Assembly: GCA_020137815.1 (NCBI GenBank)
Contig: CM035352.1
Span: forward strand, 62,001-126,000
From: Hormiphora californensis
Taxonomy: Eukaryota; Animalia; Ctenophora
DNA length: 64,000 nucleotides
Direction of reading: 5' to 3'
Every line of letters starts with the position of its first letter. Position 1 is the first letter of the stretch. The notes under the pieces are model-generated. The model had not been told where the DNA came from. It searched no databases and saw only the letters and a list, made by a program, of their open reading frames with translations. Position numbers and translations under genes: made by a program. This document shows, in pieces, positions 24,348 through 37,486 of this stretch.

Positions 24348-27289
24348 TATGGTCAGTGATCTAATCGTTGCGAGGATTTTTCACAAATTTGTATCTGGAT
24401 ATTTAAATATGCTCCTATTATTACTGGTACTCATAATACCACTAGACCGGTGTACAATTGTTTACTCTAAATTTCTGTGAAAACTAGAACATATTTACTT
24501 GCTCTAAAGCAAAGTTATAGCCGTTTAAACACGTGTGGAGCAAAATTCTGCGGAGCCCCCTCTAGAGGAGATGTTTTTCATCCTTTCTCCTTGAAATTTT
24601 AGTAAATATACAATCAAATTATTTCTAGCTATACCGTTTAAAAATTAAAAGTCAGGAACTCAAATTGTGCGGAGCACATCGATTTTTTGTAGCAAATCTT
24701 ACTCTTTGGGGTTACTTAAATTTACTTTACATTTTATTCATAAACTATTAGATTCTAGAGACATTTTAGGAGCTTTTTAAGTCATTAACTTGATCAAAAC
24801 ATTTGCTCAAATTTGTGTGGAGCTGATTTTTCCTAGCCGATAATTTGTTCCAAATTTAATCGACGGAAGATCTGCAGCTATACTTCCAAATAGAGTAATA
24901 AATCAAAAAGTAATAGGAGTAGCTTCTTGAAATAAGTCAATTAAGTTAGCAAAATGATAGTGGAGCAAGATTCTTGTGTATTTCGAAGATACTAACTCAA
25001 AATATGTGGAGCAAATACTGATTTTTTGACAAAAACTGCTCCACATCGTTTGAGTTGCGGTTTAACCGGTTCTTGATTTTGAAAATAAGCTGTACAGATA
25101 ATTGGGCACCAACAATTTACCATTTTAACCACAAAAAGTTACTCAAATTGTATGGAGGAGCCCCTAAAGGAGCCGTATTTGTGTCCAGACAGTCATAAAA
25201 TTCGCCCAAAACCTTATGGCATGCTCTGTTTCTGATTCTCAGAGAGGAAAATCATTGCTCCCCTGATTTTGAGTAAGGCTATAACTAATATTTGGTTAAA
25301 TTAAAGCTAATATTTGGTTAAATACTCAATTGGTTGTAATATAACTCGATTTGTCAAGGCCAAAGTAACTGATGGTATTCCAAGGTTTTATGTGTAACTG
25401 CTCCACACAATTTGAGTCCCATGATTAGGCAATATTATTACTGTAATATTACGGTCTGATGAACGTTATCTTGATGCAAATAAAGCTTATTATGTTGATA
25501 TTCAAGTAGATATTTTATACTGCGAAAATGGAGGGGGAAATCGTGATTTGCTCCACAAATTTTGAGTCATAAGATTAAATTAGTGATAAAATATGTACTG
25601 GTATGTTATTGTTACCACTTAGCATACGTTTTTAGTTTGATTGCTTGTGAATTGAACCCGCAAAGTATCGAAGTAAAAAATAATAATTTGGACCCATGAA
25701 TATAACACCCGCTCCACACAATATGAGCATATCAGGGTACATTTTTTAGCATGGAGATTTATTTTTAACATTTATGAAAGAAGTTCTATTAATCACTGCG
25801 CTGGCAAGCGCAAAGGTTGCCATTCCCCCCCCCAAAAGCGCTGCCAGAAACGCAGTTATACGTTTTATGGGTATTTGGCTGAAAAAGCCGGATTTCAAAA
25901 GGCTTTAGCGTGGCTCTCTTTCATCGGTTTGACTTGAAATTTGGAATGAATACCCGGCTTGGGGTCTTTGACTCATGTTAAAAATTTGAAGTCTCTATCT
26001 CATCTGGGTCCGAAGTTACAGACTGGTCCCATTTGCTATAGATTCAGTGTAACGGACACGCGCGCGCGCGCGCGCGCGCATAGGAGAGACGCTTTTTTTG
26101 AACACGGTTCTGAACGAACGGAAAGAGATAGAGACTTCTCGTTTTCACTAGCTTGTAGATCTACTCAATTATTGTGTTATTAGCGGGGTGAGGGTTTCCA
26201 TCATCCCCAGGAACGTCCTACAGAACGTCTTAAAGTCGTCATTTTTCAGACTCTGACCAAAATTCTTTGAGCTCAATTTACACCCTGAAGACGGATTCTA
26301 ATCGAAAATCAAAGACTATATCATGGAAAGAGAATTGTCTGAACTTTCAGAAACTATATCGCGAATTTTCAAAACTAGACGTATAAGGGTCTTAAAACGC
26401 GTCTAAAGTGTTATGACTGTTTAAAAATAGATATGACGATATGGGGTTTTTCGCCATAGCCGACTCAAATCTCATCCAATTGATCTCAAACTTGGTCAGT
26501 ATCTTCATCTAGGTAATCCCGATGATATGACGTCATCATTATGACATCATAACGACGTGACGTCATTTTATGACGTCAAAATGACGTCAAAAATGAAAAT
26601 TTTGCAAATTTGCGATTCCATCATCTCCTTACCTGTTCTACAACATCGAAATGGATAAAAAAACCCAAAAATGATGCAAATTATACCAAAACTAATTGAA
26701 ATTAGTAGGCCGGAAAGGTTGCCCTATGATTTGAGCTACCTTTGGCACCAGTACATTCCCTTTTGAAGACAGAAGAAGCATCGGTTATACCCTGTCTGTA
26801 CCCCGTGAATGTTACGGTAGCAAAGGTAGCTCAAATCATAGGGCAACCTTTCCGGCCTACTAATTTCAATTAGTTTTGGTATAATTTTAGAAGATACAAT
26901 TATGATTATCTTACCTCAAATGGGCAATAAAAAAAGCTACCCCTTCAAGCAGCTATGGCTCCGCATATTAGGAGCAAACCTTTACTCTTCGGTAATTACG
27001 GTTCAGTTTCATCAATTATCTAGACATTTGCATATATCCGACTGTCATACTGATAAAACTCGAAAATCCAGGGAGCATTTAGCATCTTTGCCTTTGGGCT
27101 CCACATGATTTGAGTTGAAGGTTTAAAACACATGTAGTATACTAATTTAAACATATTTACATAAGTATACCAAATTTTAAATTAATTCAAGTAGTATAAG
27201 ATGTCCTAATATGGATTTTAGGAAATTTGCAGTGAAATCAGTCATGCCTTTTTGCAAAAATCCTCGCAACGATTAGATCACTGACCATA
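24348..27289. mobile_element. Large AT-rich TIR element (TAY..RTA termini, possibly IS3EU-like)
   Basis: TATGGTCAGTGATCTAATCGTTGCGAGGATTTTT at both ends, inverted; dispersed ACTCAAATTGTGTGGAGC-like motif; no clear TSD. Confidence 0.75.
26260..26884 (-). repeat. Abundant unclassified repeat ending in a ~200-bp palindromic module (TATACCAAAACTAATTGAAATTAGTAGGCCGGAAAGG...)
   Basis: 26681-26884 has ~60-bp inverted arms; same family at 55510-56125, 1175-1284/6452-6580, ~15850, ~52705, ~61415, ~63805. Confidence 0.8.
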
Positions 27290-27295
27290 TGTACA

Positions 27296-27921
27296 CTAGC
27301 GCACCCATTGGGTGCGCCTCAAGTAAGGGCTTTTTGATAACCCACCCGGCTTCGCCGGGTGGTTCTGTTCGCCCCTTTCAACGTCAAAAACACGGTTGCC
27401 ATGGCAGCTGAATTGGTAACTATGGGGACTGGCCTGTTAAAAGTTGTTTGAAAATAATCACAAACTTCCACTGGAAGTTCCAAAAGTGTGAATGACAGCT
27501 TTATAGCTTTCATCATATAAAGTGTTTTATGAAGGAGCAGTCTGTCGCTTAGATACCGCTGAACGAACGGCCACTTCGACGCGACATCTCCAAATTATAA
27601 TAGAGACTAGCGCACCCATTGGGTGCGCCTCAAGTAAGGACTTTTTGACAACCCACCCGGCTTCGCCGGGCAGTTCTTTTCGCCCTTTCAACGTCAATAA
27701 TTACACGGTTGCCATGGCAACTGAATTGATAACCATGAAGACTGGCATCTTAAAATTCATTCGAAAATATTAACAAACTTCCACTGGAAGTTCCAAAAGT
27801 GTGAGCAACAGCTTTACAGCTTTGGTCACATAAAGTGTTTTATGAAGGAGCACTGTCGCGTAGAAACGCACTGAACGAACGACCACCACTTCGACGCGAC
27901 ATCTCCAAATTATAATAGAGA
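27296..27921 (-). mobile_element. Head-to-tail tandem of two short non-autonomous Helitrons (27296-27606, 27607-27921)
   Basis: Each unit has the same TC... 5' end and hairpin-CTAG 3' end as 22736-23894; the junction reads CTAG|TCTC on the minus strand. Confidence 0.88.
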
Positions 27922-27930
27922 TTGTTTGAT

Positions 27931-28053
27931 CTACCTACCTTTACTCCGCAGGCCCTCCGGGCCCTCAGATCCAACAGGATCCGGGCTCGGGGGATTTAAC
28001 CCTACTCTTGTATGGGACCTTACGGCCCCATGTGGGAGTGGTGCGTGTAGTGG

Positions 28054-28131
<78 letters not shown>
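27931..28131 (-). mobile_element. SINE-like/RTE-tail retroposon fragment with (AGGT)n tail running into (GA)n
   Basis: Reverse complement matches ~48160-48297 (...GGATCTGAGGGCCCGGAGGGCCTGCGGAGTAAAGGTAGGTAG). Confidence 0.55.
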
Positions 28132-28135
<4 letters not shown>

Positions 28136-28143
28136 TACACTCA

Positions 28144-30278
28144 TTAAACTAACCAAAACTGATCGAAAAATTGGTCAAAATGGTTCTAACAAAAACCAGT
28201 GTTCTAGAGAATTGTCTGGCGAACATGTTGGTTGCAAGATTGACTTTCCAAGTCTTACCAATCGTCAGATATATCGTCGTAAAGTCAAAATTACGTGTTC
28301 ATGAAATCCGACCGGGGTTCACGTTTTGAAAAATTCAGTATTCACAAGTGCAAAGTTGCTCGGATCACATTGCATCCCTCATAAGAGTTGTAGGAAATTG
28401 TCTGGCGGTCATTTTGGTACCCGGGTTTTTATCCTAGCTCAATGTTTAGAATGTCTTATTACTGTCAGAACTGGAATTTTCCCAAAAGTGGTTTCAGGTA
28501 TCGCATCGCATTTTGCCCTGTTATGAAGCTCATAGCTGCTTGAATAACATCTTAGTGCATGATAGGGTTGAGATAGACCACTTGCGTATCCTACACATTA
28601 ACAGGGGCCTTGCCAAATCGTCATAACAACCCTGTCAAGTGTCTAGATGAAATTGAGACGATATGTGCTGATTATCATGGGATTACACACGACACCGAGC
28701 CACCTAATTAGGGGTTGTGAGCCGATACCAACTAAGACTCAGCATAGAAAAATCTTCATGTTCCTACAGTCATAACGCAACTTAAACGTAGAGCTATGGA
28801 AAAAACCATGGTATCAAGATGAACCTTAGACGATTCCAATGAAGCTCTTGTAAATTTCAAATCATTTTACCCATTTGTTGAGGACACGTGATCCCCTCAA
28901 AAATGCTGGTTGAATTTCGTCTTTAGACAGTCATAAGACACTCTAAAAATTGAGTTAGGACAAAAACCCGGGTACCAAAATGACCGCAAGACAATTTCCT
29001 ACAACTCTTATGAGGGATGCAATGTGATCCGAGCAACTTTGCACTTGTGAATTTTTCAAAACGTGAACCCCGGTCGGATTTCGTGAACACGTAATTTTGA
29101 CTTTTAATCCATGGAATATGGGTATCGAACCCTGCATAGTGGAAGGGCAAAGGTTTCTTTTCACCAAAGTGTAGTCTAAGGGGTCCTTAATCACAAAAAA
29201 AAAGTTTACATCCCAGAAGTGGGGGATAAGGGTCGTAATAGGCTATAATTGGGTACCTGTATTTTCAGCGTGAGGCCAAAACCATGAGTACCCTTAAAAT
29301 AGGAGTAGAGACAAATCTGAGGGCACTAAAGTGATCAGCGTCCTCGTATTAGTGGGGGTAGGTGCCGGAAATAAGTCGCTATCTCATCCGGTTAATTAGA
29401 TAATTGGATAATTAGGTATGCGCATAACCGTTTTTTGGCTATATGGCTATAGCCACTTAGGAATGGTTTAGAGACTTTTCACTGGTGCCATTTTGTTGAG
29501 AAGAAAATTTTAATCTAAGAGTTGTGGAAAAATTTAGGCCCTATCTCTTACCGTTTTGGCGTTATTTGCGGTCAAAGTAGGCCAATTTACTCAATTTTTG
29601 GCATTTTCGGCCAATTTTCCCCCCATTTTTGGCATTTTCGGCTGATTTGACCTTCTTTGACCGCAAATAACGCCAAAACGGTAAGAGATAGGGCCTAAAT
29701 TTTTCCACAACTCTTAGATTAAAATTTTCTTCTCAAAAAAATGGCACCAGTGAAAAGTCTCTAAACCATTCCTAAGTGGCTATAGCCATATAGCCAAAAA
29801 ACGGTTATTCGCATACCTAATTATCCAATTATCTAATTAACCGGATGAGATAGCGACTTAATTCCGGCACCTACCCCCACTTTAATGCGAGGACACTGAT
29901 CACTTTAGTGCCCTCAGATTTGTCTCTACTCCTATTTTAAGGGTACTCATGGTTTTGGCCTCAGGCTGAAAATACAGGTACCCAATTATAGCCAATTACG
30001 ACCCTTATCCCCCACTTCTGGGATGTAAACTTTTTTTTGGTGATTAAGGACCCCTTAGACTACACTTAAGTGAAGAGAAACCTTTGCCCTTCCACTATGC
30101 AGGGTTCGTCAAAAATTTGACCCAGATTCCATGGATTATTTACGACGATATATCTGACGATTGGTAAGACTTGGAAAGTCAATCTTGCAACCAACATGTT
30201 CGCCAGACAATTCTCTAGAACACTGGTTTTTGTTAGAACCATTTTGACCAATTTTTCGATCAGTTTTAATTAGTTTAA
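28144..30278. repeat. Foldback element with long inverted arms
   Basis: 28144-~28470 mirrors ~28925-29104 plus 30139-30278. Confidence 0.8.
29105..30138 (+). mobile_element. ~1-kb foldback MITE, Academ-like termini, copy 1
   Basis: ttt|TAATCCATGG ... CCATGGATTA|ttt; the 3-bp TSD is supported by the empty site in the opposite host arm (GACTTTACG); ~490-bp near-perfect arms. Confidence 0.8.
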
Positions 30279-32605
30279 GGGTACGCTAACCAAAATTTTT
30301 TTTCGAGTGCAGGGAAATCTCTCACCGCAGGGTTGTAGGCCATGCCAAGGAGACCTCAAATATGAAATTTTAGCCCTCAAGTCGAATTCATATTTTTGCT
30401 ACAGCCGTTTTAAAATCGTCTTGAAAATTTCTGAAAAGACGTTTTTGACACCCTAAAAATTCATTTTCAGGGCTAGAAGCGTAAAATTATGGGGATTTGA
30501 AGGGGATAGGAAGGTTTATCGACACAAAAATTTTTATTGAAATCGGTGATGATTTTCGGTCGTGAGATTGATTTACTTTTTTTCCCTCTTAAAGGCCCTA
30601 TTTAGCAAAGTTCCGAAAGTTTGTGAAGGCTGTAAAATGGCGAAAAGTTGCATCTAACGATTATCTAAGTGGCCACAAATTTTTGGCATGTCCTTATTTG
30701 AGACAAGTTGTACAGAGCTTTTTTTGTGAAAGCCGTTTTTTAGAAATAAAGAAATAGCCTGTATCTCAAAAACGACTGATTTTAGAGACCTGAGACCAAG
30801 CTTAAACGATTCAGAAGGTCCGATTTTGAGGGGGTCTTCTGGGAGACAGTTTTCTCCTACTTCAACGGTTTTTGCTGTAATTGCGAAAAAGGATTTAGCA
30901 AGAAGGTGGAAAAGCAGCACGAAACAGGCTGTCGGAACTCCTCTTTTGCCCTCTTCAAAGGATTTGTTTTTCGCAATTACAGCGAAAACCGTTGAAGTAG
31001 GAGAAAAATGTCTCTCAGAAGACCCCCCCCAAAATCGGACCTTCTGAATCGTTTAAGCTTGGTCCCAGGTCTCTAAAATCAGTCGTTTTTGAGATACAGG
31101 CTATTTAATCCATGGAATCTGGGTCAAATTTTTGACGAACCCTACATAGTGGAAGGGCAAAGGTTTCTCTTCACTAAAGTGTAGTCTAAGGGGTCCTTAA
31201 TCACCAAAAAAAAGTTTACATCCCAGAAGTGGGGGATAAGGGTCGTAATTGGCTATAATTGGGTACCTGTATTTTCAGCCTGAGGCCAAAACCATGAGTA
31301 CCCTTAAAATAGGAGTAGAGACAAATCTGAGGGCACTAAAGTGATCAGTGTCCTCGCATTAGTGGGGGTAGGTGCCGGAATTAAGTCGCTATCTCATCCG
31401 GTTAATTAGATAATTGGATAATTAGGTATGCGAATAACCGTTTTTTGGCTATATGGCTATAGCCACTTAGGAATGGTTTAGAGACTTTTCACTGGTGCCA
31501 TTTTGTTGAGAAGAAAATTTTAATCTAAGAGTTGTGGAAAAATTTAGGCCCTATCTCTTACCGTTTTGGCGTTATTTGCGGTCAAAGAAGGTCAAATCAG
31601 CCGAAAATGCCAAAAATGGGGGGAAAATTGGCCGAAAATGCCAAAATTGAGTAAATTGGCCTACTTTGACCGCAAATAACGCCAAAACGGTAAGAGATAG
31701 GGCCTAAATTTTTCCACAACTCTTAGATTAAAATTTTCTTCTCAACAAAATGGCACCAGTGAAAAGTCTCTAAACCATTCCTAAGTGGCTATAGCCATAT
31801 AGCCAAAAAACGGTTATGCGCATACCTAATTATCCAATTATCTAATTAACCGGATGAGATAGCGACTTATTTCCGGCACCTACCCCCACTAATACGAGGA
31901 CGCTGATCACTTTAGTGCCCTCAGATTTGTCTCTACTCCTATTTTAAGGGTACTTATGGTTTTGGCCTCACGCTGAAAATACAGGTACCCAATTATAGCC
32001 AATTACGACCCTTATCCCCCACTTCTGGGATGTAAACTTTTTTTTGGTGATTAAGGACCCCTTAGACTACACTTTGGTGAAAAGAAACCTTTGCCCTTCC
32101 ACTATGCAGGGTTCGATACCCATATTCCATGGATTTCTTTATTTCTAAAAAAACGGCTTTCACAAAAAAAGCTCTGTACAACTTGTCTCAAATAAGGACA
32201 CGCCAAAAATTTGTGGCCACTTAGATAATCGTTCGACGCAACTTTTCACCAATTTACAGCCTTCACAAACTTTCGGAACTTTGCTAAATAGGGCCTTTAA
32301 GAGGGAAAAAAGTAAATCAATCTCACGACCGAAAATCATCACCGATTTTAATAAAAATTTTTGTGTCGATAAATTTTTCAAGACGATTTTAAAACGGCTA
32401 TAGCAAAAATATGAATTCGACTTGAGGGCTAAAATTGCATATTTGAGGTCTCCTTGGCATGGCCTACAACCTTGCCAGGTTAGACTGTTTTTCGCGCGCC
32501 CCGTGTTTTTTTATAAAATAAAATAAAACAGTTTGTACAAAACAACTACAACCCTGCGGTGAGAGATTTCCCTGCACTCGAAAAAAAATTTTGGTTAGCG
32601 TACCC
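30279..32605. mobile_element. Kolobok-like foldback element, TTAA TSD
   Basis: ttaa|GGGTACGCTAACCAAAATTTTTTTTCGAGTGCAGG ... CCTGCACTCGAAAAAAAATTTTGGTTAGCGTACCC|ttaa; long inverted arms. Confidence 0.85.
31106..32135 (-). mobile_element. ~1-kb foldback MITE, Academ-like termini, copy 2 (inverted relative to copy 1)
   Basis: Same sequence as 29105-30138 in opposite orientation; inserted after ATT; right end trimmed by a few bases. Confidence 0.8.
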
Positions 32606-32662
32606 TTAATGGAGCCCGGTCATGACCCAAAATCGCAGGTGATGCAAAGACAGTGGGACACC

Positions 32663-33342
32663 CTGTATATGCAAGAGGGGTACAACATAAATTAACAAAC
32701 GTGAAATGGAGAGATTTGAGACAATTGAAAAAGGTATGAGAGAGGCGAGGTGGTTTGGAAGCCAGTAGTGGGTTTTACGCAAAGGATACGAAAGGGATAC
32801 GCAAATTGCGTATCTCTTGCGTATTTTCTGCTTATTTCTTGCGTGTTCTTTGCGTAATTCTTGCGTAATCCCTGCGTAACCCTTGTGTGTTCCTTGCGTA
32901 TTACTTGCGTAATCCCTGCGTATCCCTTGCGTATTCTGTGCGGAACCATAGCGTATTCCTTGCGTATTCTTTGCGTAATCCTTGCGTATACCTTGCGTTT
33001 TCCTTGCGTAATCCTTGCGTAATCCTTGCGATTTTTAGAAAATGGAGAATCCCGTGAGTACCGGATACGCAAGAAAATACGCAAATTGCGTATCCCTTGC
33101 GTATTTTCTGCGTATTTCTTGCGTGTTCTTTGCGTATTCCTTGCGTAATCCTTGCGTAACCCTTGTGTGTTCCTTGCGTATTACTTGCGTATTACTTGCG
33201 TAATCCCTGCGTATCCCTTGCGTATTCTATGCGGAACCATAGCGTATTCCTTGCGTATTCTTTGCGTAATCCTTGCGTATACCTTGTGTTTTCCTTGCGT
33301 AAACCTTGCGATTTTTAGAAAATGGAGAACCCCGTGAGTACC
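32663..33342 (-). mobile_element. Merlin terminal region with tandemly duplicated TIR end
   Basis: Matches 23895-24290; the TIR ...GGAGAA(T/C)CCCGTGAGTACC ends at both 33062 and 33342. Confidence 0.85.
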
Positions 33343-33810
33343 GAAATAAGGATGTAGTTTTTCAAATTTAGTCAATTATTTTATCTTATCGTTATAATTT
33401 TGAACTTTTTAAGAAAATGGGGGCTAAAAAAGTTTCAAAAAGCTAAAAAAGGCCATCGACCAAAATCAGGGTACCGTTAGCTTTTTTAAAGGCTGGACCC
33501 CCCTATCTTGTCAACCTTTAATAAGGGTGACGGCAAGATTATTGCATGGAATAAAATTGTAACAAACTTACATGACATGGAGTGAGTACTTCCGTTGTTC
33601 TTCAAATGATCCTGGGTATAACGCACAAACGCATCGTACTGTTCTGCCGAAAAGAGAGTATTAAGGCCAGAGGGGGGGGGGGGGGGGGGGAGGGGAGCGG
33701 TCCGGGGTATAAAAATTAACTGCTTTTTCGCCATAGCGACCTTAAATCTTGTCCAATCAATCTCAAACTTGGTCAGTCTCTTTATCTAGATGAGCCCGAT
33801 AATAATATTA

Positions 33811-36005
33811 CCGTAAGTTGGGGTAACTTTGTACCACTTTTTAGCATTCTCCTAAAATAACTCCTTGCCAGAACCACACTCGAAAATTTTTGAACCAAAT
33901 AATCCCGTTCCAGACCCAGTACACCAGATATAACTAGTGAAATTTTTGGTCCCGTCTCATTTAATTAGATTAATTAACACGTATTTTAGTGTAAGTGGGG
34001 TTTTAGGGCATGGGGTAACTTTGGAATGAGTTAACTTTGGACACATTTTGCAATGATAAATAAATGAACGTAAAATGTTGAGGTTTTCGATATGAGCGTT
34101 TGTAGAGTTGCCTTAGACCCTCTCTGACTTGTTTAGGACCATATGACCAAGATTCAGCCCAATCCACACCCGTTTTCAACCATCTACTCGCTAAATGTAG
34201 TGAATAAACGAGGATTTGGTTTATTTATTGGAGCTAAATCACAAACAACCGTCCTAAAACACATCAAACTTCAATAATTTGGGGTCCCTCATCCACCCTC
34301 TAGCTTGGTAGGTGGTATTGGCCCCCTAGGCGGCAGTATTAGTTCTTTTTACTGAATTGGACCGCCAGGAAGTGGCCGGACACTTATGGGTACTGGCTAA
34401 ATAAAGGAGTTTTGGTGTCTGTGTTCCTGGATAGAATGTCCACAAGAACTAATAGACTCGCCTAGAGGGTCAATACCATCTACCAAGCTACAGAATGGAT
34501 GAGGGACCCCAAATTATTGAAGTTTGATGGGTTTCAGGTCGGATTTCTATGATTTAGCTCGATAAAGTAGAAATAATTCTGTTTTTTACTACCTTTAGAG
34601 AATAGATCGATGAAAATGGGCATGGATCGGGCTAAATCTTGGGCAGGTGAGAAGAAGCCCGACCGGTTAAGGGACCCTTTAAGGGACCCTTTAAGGGACC
34701 CTTTTAGGGACCCTTTAAGGGACCCTAGAAAGTTAAGGGACCCTTTAAGGGACCCTAGAAAGTTAAGGGACCCGTGAGCGGTACCCTCGTATCAGTTCAC
34801 ATTGTAAGCGGTTCCATTGCTAATGAGGTACACCGAATCGTGGTCAGTACCCTCGTATCAGTACACATTGGAAGCGGTTCCGTCGCTAATGAGGTGCACC
34901 GAATCGTGAACACTGAGCAGTACCATGTATCGGTTCACATCTCTGTCTCTGTCTCTGTCTCTGTCTCTGTCTCTGTCTCTGTCTCTGTCTCTGTCAGCTA
35001 TCTCCATCCTAAAAAGACAGAGAAAGAGAGAGCCAGAGAGAGAGAGAGAGAGACAGAGAGAGAGACAGAAAGACAGAGTCAGAGACAGCGACAGAGACAG
35101 AGACAACGACAGAGGCAGAGACAGAGGGAGAGAGATACAGAGACTGAGACAGAGGGAGAGACATAGCTTAGAGAGGGACAGACACAGAGGGGGAGACAGA
35201 GACAGAGATGTGAACCGATACACGGTACTGCTCACTGCTCACGATTCGGTGTACCTCATTAGCAGTGGAACCGCTTACAATGTGAACTGATACGAGGGTA
35301 CACGATTCGTTCTGCCTCATTAAAGGGTCCCTTAACTTTCTAGGGTCCCTTAAAGGGTCCCTTAATTTTTTAGGGTCCCTTAAAGGGTCCCTTAACTTTC
35401 TAGGGTCCCTTAAAGGGTCCCTAAAAGGGTCCCTTAAAGGGTCCCTTAAAGGGTCCCTTAACCGGTCGGGCTTCTTCTCACCTGCCAAATCTTGGTCAGA
35501 TGGTTCTAAAAAAGTCAGAGAGGGTTTAAGGCAACTCTGCAGACATCAAAAGTTCAAAACATGTAGTATGGGGTAACTTTGGCACCCCGTCCAAAGTTAC
35601 CCCAAAATTCAAAATATGGTGGGGTAACATTAGCCACCCCAATTAGTCTCAATTAAAGTAATTGGTCGGATTTGAAAAATGGTGCCCCGAATTATTTGAT
35701 CAAAACCCTTCCACTCTATGGAGCAAACTTGATTCGATTATTTGCCCGGTCAGATCTATGGTACCCATTTTGATTTGAACATTTTTAGCGATTTTGACAT
35801 CAATTATGTTTGACCCTAATTAGGAACTAATTAGCATAGACTTGGAAAAAATAAGTGTACCGTTAGTTAGACATTTGTGGGTCAGTTACTTGTACACCCG
35901 AAAATTTTTCCAAATCTCTCGTTATCTGTTGGTAATTTTGGACTAAAGCCAAATTTTGAAAGTGTCCAAAGTTACCCTGCAAAACAAAGTTACCCCAACT
36001 TACGG
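33811..36005. mobile_element. pogo/Tc1-type MITE, copy 2, with nested insertion
   Basis: Same TIRs, TA flanks and body as 17704-19051. Confidence 0.9.
34642..35486. mobile_element. Foldback MITE with GG..CC termini and 8-bp TSD (Merlin-like)
   Basis: AAATCTTG at 34634-34641 and 35487-35494; TIR GGCAGGTGAGAAGAAGCCCGACCGG; (TTAAGGGACCCT)n subterminal repeats; empty site at 18533-18540. Confidence 0.88.
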
Positions 36006-36204
36006 TATATAATATAAATATTTCACTACCATGACGTTATAACGTCGTGATGTCACGCTATGACGTCAAAATTAAAAAAGTTCGTATTTTAGCGATTCCT
36101 GACGGTCCTTACACGTTCTGCTACATCCATGGATCCAGACATGTCTTACATCTATTTCACATAAGAAAATACCAAAAATATACCCAAATTATGCAAAAAA
36201 CTAA

Positions 36205-36430
36205 AGTACACCCCAAACTACTATGTCCCTCACTCGGGTTTTGTGAAATTTCCCACGGTCATAACTCCACTCCCTGACAAGATAGAGACTTGAAATTTGT
36301 TTTGTACGAAGAACTCGATACGATCTCCCTACAAAACAAATTTCAAGTCTCTATCTTATCAGGGGGTGGAGCTATGGCCGTCTAAAATCCGGTCGCGCGC
36401 AGCAAGGGACATAGTAGTTTGGGGGGACCT
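36205..36430. mobile_element. Kolobok-like MITE
   Basis: Reverse copy of 8334-8559, flanked by CTAA/TTAA. Confidence 0.8.
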
Positions 36431-36507
36431 TTAATAGAAATTAGTTGGCTGGGAAGGTGACCACTTTTGTTGTCGAACTGATACCTTTGCCCGACCCAGG
36501 TTACGGA

Positions 36508-36730
36508 TCTTGGCTCTTGGATAAGAGACTCAAAGAGGGACATCAAGGTTAGGAAGGCTAAGGCCTGGAATGCATGTCATGGGCTCAGGAACATCTGGAC
36601 GTCGAAACTCAGAGACGAGATCAAAGCTAGACTTTTTGTAGCAACAGTTGAAACGGTCCTCCTGTATGGATGCGAAACCTGGACGCTTACAAAGGATATG
36701 GAGCGGAGTCTCAATGTACTCACAGGGAAT
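36508..36730 (+). pseudogene. RTE-clade LINE reverse transcriptase fragment
   Basis: Translates LGSWIRDSKRDIKVRKAKAWNACHGLRNIW...LFVATVETVLLYGCETWTLTKD, homologous to the 39011-40798 protein. Confidence 0.85.
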
Positions 36731-37334
36731 GTTGGCGTAGATCGGGTCCAGCATGAAATAGGAACCTTATAGATCTGGAAGTCCCTTTTCCGACGTACTT
36801 GCGAAGTTACGGATCGGCGATCGGATCAAAGGGACAAGTTGTAGGAAGGTGAATGAGCAGGGCAGAAACTGCGTCAACTATCGGATCAAGCGACTTGCAA
36901 AGAACGCTCTGGATCGAATTAGGAGACTCAGACTCATGTACCGGGACCGACATGCGAGGTCATCGAAACTAAACGCCAACAAAGTACCTTGGGAGACCCA
37001 AGGACACAGGATGGGGACGACAAACAGACGGATCATGCGGTCGGGACTAGGGTCAGGAACATCCGAAATTCTCGTGATGTGACTGTAGAGCATGCGAGAA
37101 TGTCAGAGGAGATCGGAAGAACCACATGTGGAACCGCAAGTCAGCATGACGTAAGTCAAGGTACGGACATTCACTTTGGGGTAATCAGGGGGGAAAAGCA
37201 TAACGAGGAGTTGGACTGACGTAACGGAGACGGGAGAGAGAGACGAATGACGAGGGGACGAGAGAGAGAGAGGTCGAAAGAGAAGTGAGAGAGAGGAGAG
37301 AGAGACGAGAGAGAGGAGATGAGGAGAGAGAGAT

Positions 37335-37368
<34 letters not shown>

Positions 37369-37374
37369 GAGAGA

Positions 37375-37432
<58 letters not shown>

Positions 37433-37486
37433 AGGGCAGGTCGGAAGAATCTCGACACGCTATTACAGTACTGTAATAACTCACTA

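Noticed and set aside
36730-37260. Possible Penelope/DIRS-like coding relic on the minus strand (LRKYVEKGL)
   Set aside because: Too degraded; no diagnostic motif recoverable by eye
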